From NCBI GenBank assembly GCA_016867315.1, contig VGJV01000001.1, positions 194,649-258,648 of the forward strand: DNA of 64,000 nt. Direction: 5' to 3'. Made by a program: the position numbers and the translations under genes. Of the stretch, positions 35,793-43,912 are shown in pieces. Origin of the DNA: Candidatus Liptonbacteria bacterium. GTDB lineage: Bacteria > Patescibacteriota > Minisyncoccia > UBA6257 > 2-01-FULL-56-20. Below the pieces are notes generated by a model that was given only the letters and a program-made list of their open reading frames with translations, was not told the origin of the DNA and ran no database searches. How positions within the stretch are numbered: the stretch's first letter is position 1; each line of letters starts with the position of its first letter.

Positions 35793-36386
35793 ATGACCGC
35801 TAAAGCTCGAGCCAGATTAGGAGTAATCGCAGGACTCGCACTTATTTTTGTTCTCGGTATTTTTCTTTGGAAGGAGGGATATTTCCATAATGCGCAGATG
35901 GTGCCTGCGGCTCTGGCTCAAGCGGGATCAGAGGGAGGAATTTGTGCAAAATCTACCACAGCAACTCCAAGTATATCTGTGGAAAGAAAACCTGATGGCA
36001 CCGCTGCTGTTTATTGGGCGGTGACAGGAGCTGGGGATTTTGCGCCCAAATTCCAAAATTGCAAAGTTAGTTTATATGATGAGAAAAGCGGAAGTTGTAT
36101 TCAGACTTCCACGAAAGCCCCCAGTGCTTCTTTTTTGCGATATTGTGATGCGCCGACGTTAGAGCAGGGAAAATGGAAATCTAATTGCAAGGTAAATGAT
36201 GATAGGGCGTATCATGTGCAGATTGCTTGTGTGTCCGAGATTGTGGGTGCCCAGAATTCTCAAGGGAAGCCGGTGGCCCCGGAAGATAGTTATAAAATGG
36301 TAATAGGAGCCCCATCTACTTCCACTTCCACGGATAAATTGCCGGAGCCGCCGCCGCCTGTGAAGCCGAGATACAGAGAGTTTTAG
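35793..36386 (+). CDS. hypothetical membrane-anchored/secreted protein
   Basis: N-terminal TM 'LGVIAGLALIFVLGIFLW', a Cys-containing ectodomain and a Pro-rich C-terminus. Confidence 0.4.
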   Translation: MTAKARARLGVIAGLALIFVLGIFLWKEGYFHNAQMVPAALAQAGSEGGICAKSTTATPSISVERKPDGTAAVYWAVTGAGDFAPKFQNCKVSLYDEKSGSCIQTSTKAPSASFLRYCDAPTLEQGKWKSNCKVNDDRAYHVQIACVSEIVGAQNSQGKPVAPEDSYKMVIGAPSTSTSTDKLPEPPPPVKPRYREF

Positions 36387-36449
36387 ATGGCGAGTAGCCA
36401 GTAGCACGGAGCGGGTAGTAAAAGGAATAACTAATAGAAAGACAAAATT

Positions 36450-36731
36450 ATGGCACGAGGGAAATCAACCACAAATCCAGAAACTGTTTGGCTCATCGTG
36501 GGATTGGGTGTTCTCGCGGCCTTTTTAGTGGTGATGCTCGCGCAGGTTTTATTTCCTTCACAAAGCATTGCGCCTTTGGGAAGGGTAACTGATATCGTGC
36601 CCGAACAGATGGATACGCTTTTCGGATTGGAGGCGGCGGCGAGTATGAGGCCATCGGCACCACCACTTACTGCGGCACAGGAAGTTACGCTTCGCTTACT
36701 CGAAGAGCGGGCGGGGATTCAGAGAAATTAA
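36450..36731 (+). CDS. small single-TM protein, hypothetical
   Basis: 93 aa; TM 'VWLIVGLGVLAAFLVVMLAQVLF'. Confidence 0.35.
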   Translation: MARGKSTTNPETVWLIVGLGVLAAFLVVMLAQVLFPSQSIAPLGRVTDIVPEQMDTLFGLEAAASMRPSAPPLTAAQEVTLRLLEERAGIQRN

Positions 36732-36770
36732 AACGGAAATGTTGCTCACCCTATTCCTTGCGGGGACGTT

Positions 36771-36840
36771 GTCTCCGACCGACTGTCGGAGCAACTATAC
36801 TCTCGGGCCGTCGCCCTGTGAGAACCCCCGCGCGGAACAG
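36771..36840. repeat. structured intergenic repeat element, copy F
   Basis: CTCCGACCGACTGTCGGAG hairpin, then CAACTATACTCTCGGGCCGTCGCCCTGTGAGAACCCCCGCG. Confidence 0.5.
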
Positions 36841-36880
36841 AGTTCGCATTTTCCACAGTTTAATTTGTTATACTGTAATT

Positions 36881-37801
36881 ATGATTTTTAAAAGAGCTGG
36901 GGTAGTCGGGATAGTGGGAGCCGCGGCATTTCTTTTGGGCTCGGGAGCGAGTTATCTTTTTGCGCAGACTACTGCGGGATGGACTGCGCCTACTGCCACT
37001 CCGCCAGGAGGAAATACGGAGGCGCCGGTGAATGTAGGACCTTTTCTTCAGCATAAGAATGGAGGGTTGAGTGTGGGGGGGAATGGGCAGCCACTCAATG
37101 CCAGTGGAACTTTGAGTGTGGTGGGGGATACAAAATTGGGCAAAGATTTGGAAGTTATCGGAAGAGTAAAAGTAGGGCAATCGCTCATAGCTCCGATCAT
37201 ATCTGCGGGACCGCTTTCGCCCGAAGCGCCGCTTTCGTCAGTGGCTTTGACTGTGGGAGGGAAGGTGCAGATTCGAGGAGGGAATCCTCAATCCGGGTAT
37301 GTACTTACTGCCACGGGAACAGATGGTACCACGGAGTGGAAGGCTGCTCCTATCACTAAAATTGTCCCCGGGAGCAACGTGACGGTTAGCCCGGCTTCCG
37401 GAATGGGAGAAGTGACTATTAATGCCATAGGAGGAGTAACCAAGCTGCGAGCGGGATCAAATATTTCTATCGATCAGGAAACTGGGGAAGTTACGGTGAG
37501 CGCTTCGTTTTCAGATAATACGCCTTCTTGGGTGAATAACATTCCATATCCGCCGGGAGGTGGGAAGATTCTGGTATCGAATTCAGAGGGGAGTGCGTCT
37601 TGGCAGGATCCGCTTTCGCTTCCAGAGCTGCGCCCGCGTGCTGCTACTGGCACTGTGTGTGGAGGAGGAACGGACGGGGCAGGGCAGGGATTGGGATCTT
37701 TACCTACTGTGTGGGGAAGTTGTGCATCTCAACGGACGCCGAATTGTGTAAATGCAACTTACCAGCGCGTAGGAGGCAGCGGATTTATTTGTGTGCGATA
37801 A
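36881..37801 (+). CDS. secreted beta-rich protein, possibly tail-fibre/adhesin-like (start at MIFKRAG)
   Basis: Signal peptide 'VVGIVGAAAFLLGSGASYLFAQ', repetitive G/V/T/S-rich beta strands and a Cys-rich C-terminus. The track ORF starts at 36758 inside repeat copy F, which is implausible. Confidence 0.4.
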   Translation: MIFKRAGVVGIVGAAAFLLGSGASYLFAQTTAGWTAPTATPPGGNTEAPVNVGPFLQHKNGGLSVGGNGQPLNASGTLSVVGDTKLGKDLEVIGRVKVGQSLIAPIISAGPLSPEAPLSSVALTVGGKVQIRGGNPQSGYVLTATGTDGTTEWKAAPITKIVPGSNVTVSPASGMGEVTINAIGGVTKLRAGSNISIDQETGEVTVSASFSDNTPSWVNNIPYPPGGGKILVSNSEGSASWQDPLSLPELRPRAATGTVCGGGTDGAGQGLGSLPTVWGSCASQRTPNCVNATYQRVGGSGFICVR

Positions 37802-37804
37802 TCG

Positions 37805-38461
37805 TTATTCTAAAGTACTGGTTGCAGTGCTGGGAGCAGTGTAAAGTATTTGCCTTACAACTTTCGAAGTGCCGCCGAGAAATCGGCGGCCTTCTATTTC
37901 TATGGTGTTCAAACCTTCGTGGAGTACTACGCGCTTTTCCCATTCTCCATCTTTTCCTACCGGAGTTTCTTCTTGATTTACTAATACTTTATCGCCATAG
38001 CGAAGGGAGCCGTGTACTACGATTTCCGGAGTCTCCGAGGGAGTAATTTCGCGTGGGGGATATTCCACGAGAAGAAGAGGGGTGCCGAATATGGCCGCAA
38101 AACGAGCTACGAGATACACGATGAGAATCAGAGCGATGCCCCCTATCCAGTACGGCGTGGCAGGGCTTTCTTTGAAGCGGTTTTTGGGAAGAGCGTCGGT
38201 GCTCCCGGAGGTTTTTACGGCACCTTCGGATTTAAGTTCGTTCCACCAGGCTTCGCCATCGAAATCGAGAACATTTCCTAATTTGTGGAGATAGCCATGT
38301 ACGTATGGAGCCGGGGGGAGAGCTTCAAAATTCCCGGCCATAAGGTGTTCCAAGTGAGCAATCGAAATGTTGGAGGTTTGGGAGAGTTTTTCCAAGTTCC
38401 AGCCCTTTTCCCGGAGGCGGTCATGGAGAAACTGGCCAAATTGTTGGGAATTTTCGTTCAT
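37805..38461 (-). CDS. RodZ-like protein (N-terminal HTH, TM, C-terminal domain)
   Basis: XRE-type HTH 'LREKGWNLEKLSQTSNISIAHLEHLMAGNFEALP', then TM 'WIGGIALILIVYLVARFAAIF'; architecture as in RodZ. Confidence 0.45.
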   Translation of the reverse strand: MNENSQQFGQFLHDRLREKGWNLEKLSQTSNISIAHLEHLMAGNFEALPPAPYVHGYLHKLGNVLDFDGEAWWNELKSEGAVKTSGSTDALPKNRFKESPATPYWIGGIALILIVYLVARFAAIFGTPLLLVEYPPREITPSETPEIVVHGSLRYGDKVLVNQEETPVGKDGEWEKRVVLHEGLNTIEIEGRRFLGGTSKVVRQILYTAPSTATSTLE

Positions 38462-38475
38462 AAACGTATTAGGTG

Positions 38476-38545
38476 AATAGGATTAGTAATTAGGTAATTG
38501 AGTAATTGGTAATTGGACTCGTAATAGTTAATGGATTACCTAATT
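38476..38545. repeat. tandem array of GTAATT(A/G)G octamer-like units (left flank of four-helix-bundle gene)
   Basis: TAGGATTAGTAATTAGGTAATTGAGTAATTGGTAATTGG ... GGATTACCTAATTACGAGG. Confidence 0.55.
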
Positions 38546-38908
38546 ACGAGGGTTAACCTGTTCTTTTGTTGTTCGGATGTAGTTGTTTAATTTGTGGTGG
38601 AGTGATTCTAACCCTTCAAGCAGTATTTTGTGTGTTTCCATCGGAATGCGTTTTCTTTCGAATAGTACATGTGTCCAGTAGATTGATTCAAGTAGCGAGC
38701 CACGTGCGTTATAGTTGAATTTATTTTTGTCGAGATAGTGGAAACGCCCGAATCCTTCAGCAATATTTGCTCCAATTGAGTCTATTGCGGAGATCCATTG
38801 ATCTCCCATTACCTTTTTGTCTTGCCAATTCAGTTTCTCATACTCTTCCCATATAAGTCTAGAAATCTCTCGAGAGAGTTTATATACCTCGAGATCCTCA
38901 AGTTTCAT
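38540..38908 (-). CDS. four-helix-bundle protein (23S rRNA intervening-sequence protein / Avd-like family)
   Basis: 'LEVYKLSREISRLIWE...DQWISAIDSIGANIAEGFGRF' matches the TIGR02436-type four-helix-bundle signature; 122 aa. Confidence 0.7.
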   Translation of the reverse strand: MKLEDLEVYKLSREISRLIWEEYEKLNWQDKKVMGDQWISAIDSIGANIAEGFGRFHYLDKNKFNYNARGSLLESIYWTHVLFERKRIPMETHKILLEGLESLHHKLNNYIRTTKEQVNPRN

Positions 38909-38942
38909 AATTACCCAATTACTAATTACTTAATTACGTAAT
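38908..38942. repeat. inverted-orientation array of CCAATTAC/TAATTAC units (right flank of four-helix-bundle gene)
   Basis: ATAATTACCCAATTACTAATTACTTAATTACGTAAT is the reverse complement of the left-flank units. Confidence 0.55.
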
Positions 38943-41078
38943 ACTTTCGTTATTCTGCGGAAACTTCTCAAAATAGACTTCGCGGGGCTTGGCGCCATCG
39001 CCGGGACCGATAAGTCCCTGAGCTTCCATGAGATCCAAGAGGCGGGCGGCGCGGGCATAACCAACCTTCAGCCTCCGCTGGAGGAGCGAGGCAGAGGCGC
39101 GTTTGGATTCAAATACTACCGCGGTAGCTTCGTCGAGCATTTCATCATCGTCCCCTTCTGTCGCGTAGGAGTCGAAATCTACGCTGTTGTCGATCGGGGC
39201 GCTCGGACCTTCTTTGGGGCCTACTTGAATGTCTGCCGGGGGCTCCACTTCGTTATTGTCTCGGATAAAATCGGCGACCGCATTAATTTCCGCTTCGGTT
39301 ACATAGCAACCCTGGATACGTTTAGGTTTCGAAAGTTCTGCAGAGACAAAGAGTAGATCGCCACCACCTAAAAGTTTTTCCGCACCGGAAGTATCGAGAA
39401 TAGTGCGAGAGTCAATCTGGCTTGCTACTTGGAGAGCGACTCGGCTCGTAATGTTCGCCTTGATAAGGCCGGTGATTACTTCTACTGAGGGCCGCTGGGT
39501 GGAGAGGACAAGGTGAATGCCTGTGGCTCGAGCCATTTGGGCGAGACGTACAATCGACCCTTCTACTTCTTTGCCGTAAGAAGTCATGAGGTCGGCAAGT
39601 TCATCTACGACGATTACCAGGTAAGGCAAGGCTTCTTCCTTATGAGAGTTGTTGTAGCTCTTGATGTCTCGGGAGCCTCCTTTGAGGAGCAGATCATAGC
39701 GGCGATCCATTTCGCTTATTGCCCATCGGAATACTCCTATCGCCTTTTTATTTTCAGTGATCACAGGGGAAATGAGGTGGGGAATATGCTCATAAATAGA
39801 AAGCTCCACTCGTTTCGGGTCGATCATAATCATTTTCAAGGTAGCAGGAGAGTTTTTGAAGAGGAGCGATAGAATAAGCGAATGGATAGTGACCGATTTT
39901 CCCGAACCTGTAGCTCCCGCAATCAAGAGGTGGGGCATCTTTTCGATATTTCCGAAGATGGGTTCGCCGGTTACATCTCTTCCGATTGCAAAAGAAAGCA
40001 TGCCTGAGGACTGGAAATCCGGATATCCCATGAGGCTGCTCAAACGGACAAGCGCAGCGGCTTTATTCGGTACCTCGATACCCACCAGAGATTTGCCGGG
40101 AATAGGAGCTTCGATGCGGATGGGATGGGCGGCGAGGGCTAAGGCGAGATCTTGGTTTAAGGCTACGATTCTCGAGAGTTTTACACCTTCTGCGGGTTTT
40201 AGGGTATAGCGGGTAACTTTAGGCCCAATGTTGATTTCGCCCATTTCGACGGAGATGCCGAACGATTCCAAGGTGCGTTTGATTATATTCGCATTGGCGC
40301 GAAGGTCGCCTGTAGTCGGTTTTTCGGTGCCGGAAGAAAGGAGGGAAAGGGGCGGAGGAGTGTAGTTTATATGCACCACTTGTTTTACAGGTTTGCCTTT
40401 GGGAGCGGGCATTCTCGCGGGTTCTGCGATCACAATGTCCGCATCCTCCTCATCTTCGGCATCAGCTTTAAGCTTTAAACTTTTAGCTTTAAGTTTTTCA
40501 TTCGAATCCTCATCCCTATTCTCATTTTCCTCCTCTTCTTCCGGTTCGATGATTGCATCCCCAACCTCGATCTCTTTTTTAGTTTTTGAACGGAAACGAG
40601 AAAAGTCCAAAGGGGCATTGAGGGCGATCAGGATTCCTACAATAAGGAATACGCTATTCAAAATAGTGGCGGCAAGATTTCCGAAAGGAACGCGTAACGA
40701 GCCGAAGAGAAGTCCCACCCATCCTCCCTTGCCTGGAAGGGCAATTTCAATAAGGCCGAGAAGGGTGAGAAAAGAAAGGCTGACTCCGATAGAGGTCGTC
40801 GTTACAATGCGCGGACCTTCTGCAAAAAGAAGAATTCCTGCGGCAAAGAGCAGCGTAGCCGGGAGGGCCACATATCCCGCGCCTAAAAGGGCTTCAAGGC
40901 CTTTATAAATGTAGATTCCCGCCGGGCCGGCTTTGCCAAATTGCGCGAGGACAAGCACCAATGCGAGACCGATAAATACGATCGCGACGATGCTTTTCTT
41001 GGTCGCGGAGTGGAGGCGTGATTCTTCGGAGAGGTTCCGTGGGAAGTCGTTGCCGTTGCGTTTGGAGCTTTTAGCCAT
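38934..41078 (-). CDS. ftsK: DNA translocase FtsK/SpoIIIE
   Basis: N-terminal TM helices, an acidic linker and a C-terminal motor with Walker A 'GATGSGKSVTIHSLILSLL' and 'LVIVVDELADLM'. Confidence 0.9.
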   Translation of the reverse strand: MAKSSKRNGNDFPRNLSEESRLHSATKKSIVAIVFIGLALVLVLAQFGKAGPAGIYIYKGLEALLGAGYVALPATLLFAAGILLFAEGPRIVTTTSIGVSLSFLTLLGLIEIALPGKGGWVGLLFGSLRVPFGNLAATILNSVFLIVGILIALNAPLDFSRFRSKTKKEIEVGDAIIEPEEEEENENRDEDSNEKLKAKSLKLKADAEDEEDADIVIAEPARMPAPKGKPVKQVVHINYTPPPLSLLSSGTEKPTTGDLRANANIIKRTLESFGISVEMGEINIGPKVTRYTLKPAEGVKLSRIVALNQDLALALAAHPIRIEAPIPGKSLVGIEVPNKAAALVRLSSLMGYPDFQSSGMLSFAIGRDVTGEPIFGNIEKMPHLLIAGATGSGKSVTIHSLILSLLFKNSPATLKMIMIDPKRVELSIYEHIPHLISPVITENKKAIGVFRWAISEMDRRYDLLLKGGSRDIKSYNNSHKEEALPYLVIVVDELADLMTSYGKEVEGSIVRLAQMARATGIHLVLSTQRPSVEVITGLIKANITSRVALQVASQIDSRTILDTSGAEKLLGGGDLLFVSAELSKPKRIQGCYVTEAEINAVADFIRDNNEVEPPADIQVGPKEGPSAPIDNSVDFDSYATEGDDDEMLDEATAVVFESKRASASLLQRRLKVGYARAARLLDLMEAQGLIGPGDGAKPREVYFEKFPQNNESIT

Positions 41079-41181
41079 GAGAAGTGGAAGCGCTTATATA
41101 TTACTATTCCTTTTTTGTCCGAGCTAGTCGTTCGCTTGGACTCATGCGGGGTTCATAGAGACTTGCGATATAATAGGGGGA

Positions 41182-42615
41182 ATGAAAGTAAATCCGCACA
41201 TATTCCGAGGGTATGATTTGCGCGGTTTGGTCGAGAAAGATCTAACTCCCGAAATCGTAGAACATATCGGAAAAGCTTTAGGCACGTATCTCAAGCGCCG
41301 GGGCATACGGGAACTGGTGGTAGGGCGGGATTCACGTGCGACGGGGCCCGCATATAGCGAGGCTCTTATTCGAGGACTTACTTGGACCGGGGCGGATGTC
41401 ATCGATATAGGGATGACGCTCGTGGGGACGTTTTATTGGGCTCAACACTTTTTAGGACGGCGTGGGGGGGCTTTTGTTTCGGCTTCGCATAATCCACCCG
41501 AATATAACGGGTTCAAATTTGCCAATGATTTTTCAGAGACGCTTGTAAGCGATGGCATGCAGGAGTTGCGGCGAATAGTGGAGGAAGAGGATTACGAGCA
41601 GGGGGAGGCTCCGGGGAAATTTTGCCTTCAAGATGTTCGAGAAGAATATTATGCGGATATTCTTTCGCGAGTGAAGCTTGAGGGAGCGCGGCGCGTAGTC
41701 GTGGATCCCACGGCTTCCACTGCCGGTGCGTTGGTCCCCGAGCTTTTGCGGCGCGCGGGATGCGAAGTAATTGAAAAAAACTGCGAAGTGGATTCTTCTT
41801 TCCCATTGGGGGTGGCCGACCCCACGGCAACAGACATTGCAGAGCGGTTGCGCGACGAGGTGCTTGAAGCGAACGCGGATATCGGATTTTCTTATGATGC
41901 TGATGGAGACAGGATCGGGATTGTCGATGAGAAGGGAGGGATCATATGGAACGATGTGCTCGTCGCCCTTTTTGCTCAAGATGTTCTTCAAGAACATCCG
42001 GGTGCGACGATCATGTATAACACGTTGTGTTCGAGGGTGGTGGAAGAAACTATCCGCAATGCCGGAGGGACGCCTTTCATGTGGAGGACGGGACATTCCT
42101 TCTTAAAGAAAAAGAATCAGGAAGTGGGGGCGGCATTTATCGGGGAGCTTTCCGGACATTTCTTTTTCTCCAAAGATTTTTATAACCACGATGATGGTAT
42201 GTATTCCACGATGCGGTTATTGCGCTATCTTACTCGGACGAACCAGACCCTCTCGGAGGCAGTAGCGAAGCTTCCTCAGTATGTTTCGAGTCCCGAGATA
42301 AAAGTGTTTTGCGCGGACGATAAAAAAGCCGAACTTGTCAAAAAAGCCAGTCCGCAACTTCGGAAAGACTTTCCCCAGGCGCAAGTCATCGATGATGAGC
42401 GAGCGGGGGACGGAATCCGCATGGATCTTCCAGATGCGATGCTTGTGGTGCGATATTCGCAGAACGGTCCCTATCTCACCATCAAATTCGAAGGTAAAAC
42501 CGAAGTGCAATATAACGAACTAAAAGGGTACCTTTCCCAATTTCTTAGAAGTTTTGGAGAGATTGATTGGAAGTCGAAGATCAATGTGAATGTAGAGGCG
42601 CTTGGGGTGGTCTAG
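41182..42615 (+). CDS. phosphoglucomutase/phosphomannomutase (alpha-D-phosphohexomutase family)
   Basis: Active-site 'SASHNPPEYNGFKF', metal-binding 'DADGDR' and sugar-binding 'GELSGH' motifs. Confidence 0.85.
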   Translation: MKVNPHIFRGYDLRGLVEKDLTPEIVEHIGKALGTYLKRRGIRELVVGRDSRATGPAYSEALIRGLTWTGADVIDIGMTLVGTFYWAQHFLGRRGGAFVSASHNPPEYNGFKFANDFSETLVSDGMQELRRIVEEEDYEQGEAPGKFCLQDVREEYYADILSRVKLEGARRVVVDPTASTAGALVPELLRRAGCEVIEKNCEVDSSFPLGVADPTATDIAERLRDEVLEANADIGFSYDADGDRIGIVDEKGGIIWNDVLVALFAQDVLQEHPGATIMYNTLCSRVVEETIRNAGGTPFMWRTGHSFLKKKNQEVGAAFIGELSGHFFFSKDFYNHDDGMYSTMRLLRYLTRTNQTLSEAVAKLPQYVSSPEIKVFCADDKKAELVKKASPQLRKDFPQAQVIDDERAGDGIRMDLPDAMLVVRYSQNGPYLTIKFEGKTEVQYNELKGYLSQFLRSFGEIDWKSKINVNVEALGVV

Positions 42616-42639
42616 ATTCGTACTGCATAATTCAGGGAC

Positions 42640-42700
42640 GCTGTCCGCGAGGGGCTCTCCCGGCAGCTATATTCTCGTGCTGTCGCACTGCGAAAATCCC
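42640..42700. repeat. structured intergenic repeat element, copy C
   Basis: CCCGGCAGCTATATTCTCGTGCTGTCGCACTGCGAAAATCCC. Confidence 0.5.
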
Positions 42701-42810
42701 TTCATTATGCAGTGCAAATTACCCTGATTTAATTGACGTATAGGTTCTTGGAGACTATAGTGGGGAGAACCAATTGATACTGCAATTCGGGTGGCAATTG
42801 GGCACTTACT

Positions 42811-43290
42811 ATGCCGGAGTTTTTGAACAGTTCGCTCGGGTTCAAGCTCTCGATACCCCAAGTGGTTCGAGAGATTGTTCGATTTATGCACGAAGATACC
42901 CGACGGAAATATAAAGTGATTATTGGCACAGACTCGGAGCGACTCCCGGGTCACAAGGCGGATTTTGTGAATGCGGTCGTGGTGCACCGCATTGGAAATG
43001 GCGGGCGATATTTCTGGAGAAGGCTTGAACACGGCTCCATTCACACGCTCCGCGATAGGATTATCAAGGAGGCGCTTATTTCTTTAGACATCGCGAAAGA
43101 ACTCTTGCAGGAACTCAAGAACGCTTCCGCTCCAGATTTCGATTTCGAAATTCACGTGGATGTAGGAGAGAACGGACCTACAAAACCCATGATTCAGGAG
43201 GTAGTAGGCATGATTCGCGCGAATAACTTCGAAGCTAAAACGAAGCCTGAAAGTTATGCGGCTTCTTCAGTAGCCGATAGGCATGTCTAA
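42811..43290 (+). CDS. RNase-H-like hypothetical protein (possibly DUF458/YkuK family)
   Basis: 'YKVIIGTDSER...ADFVNAVVVHRIGNGG' resembles the YkuK-type RNase H-like fold. Tentative. Confidence 0.35.
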   Translation: MPEFLNSSLGFKLSIPQVVREIVRFMHEDTRRKYKVIIGTDSERLPGHKADFVNAVVVHRIGNGGRYFWRRLEHGSIHTLRDRIIKEALISLDIAKELLQELKNASAPDFDFEIHVDVGENGPTKPMIQEVVGMIRANNFEAKTKPESYAASSVADRHV

Positions 43291-43874
43291 TGGACACCTT
43301 AGTTTTCGACATAGAGACTCAAAATTTTTTCACCGATCCCGGAGTGGGATGGGATAACTTTGAAGCGTTGAAAATTTCAGTAGTGGGAGTGTATTCCTAC
43401 GATACAAATAAGTATTTCTGTTTTGAAGAGAAGGAAATGCGCGCAGTGGCCGAGCTTTTTCAAGGGGCGAATCGAATCGTCGGATTTAGTATCAATCGCT
43501 ACGACGTGCCGGTGATGCAGGCCTATTTCAATCGTTTTAAAGAGGGGATCAAGCCGGATTTGTGGCAGAAAGAACGAGTGGATCTTCTTGCGGAGATAGA
43601 GATGGCAACCGGCTCGAGAATCAGTTTGAGTAAAGTGTGCGAAGCGAACTTAGGATCGGGAAAAGATAGGAAGGGTGCAGAAGCTCCCCAGCTTTATAGA
43701 GAAGGAAAAATCGCGGAGCTCAAGGAATATTGTTTGAAAGATGTGCGGCTTACCAAAGAAATTTATGACCTTTATCGCAAGCAGGGATTTCTTATGGTGC
43801 CGGAACGGGGGACCGGGAAGATGCAGAAAATCAGCTTTACTACGCTCGCAATTCCCAGTGCTCGGTTGCTCTAG
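43290..43874 (+). CDS. DEDD-type 3'-5' exonuclease (RNase H-like superfamily)
   Basis: Exo I motif 'LVFDIETQN' at the N-terminus and 'VGFSINRYDVPVM' (Exo II-like). The start overlaps the upstream stop (TAATG). Confidence 0.55.
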   Translation: MDTLVFDIETQNFFTDPGVGWDNFEALKISVVGVYSYDTNKYFCFEEKEMRAVAELFQGANRIVGFSINRYDVPVMQAYFNRFKEGIKPDLWQKERVDLLAEIEMATGSRISLSKVCEANLGSGKDRKGAEAPQLYREGKIAELKEYCLKDVRLTKEIYDLYRKQGFLMVPERGTGKMQKISFTTLAIPSARLL

Positions 43875-43912
43875 TTGAGTTCAAAGACAAGGTGCGTTAC
43901 TTTCTAATTGCT

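Noticed and set aside
36758-36880. N-terminal 41 codons of track ORF 36758..37801
   Set aside because: This stretch corresponds to a copy of the intergenic repeat element (copy F) and encodes an Arg-rich leader. ATG 36881 followed by a signal peptide is the credible start
38540-38908. Diversity-generating retroelement around the Avd-like four-helix-bundle gene
   Set aside because: No reverse transcriptase gene and no template/variable repeat pair were detected within the window
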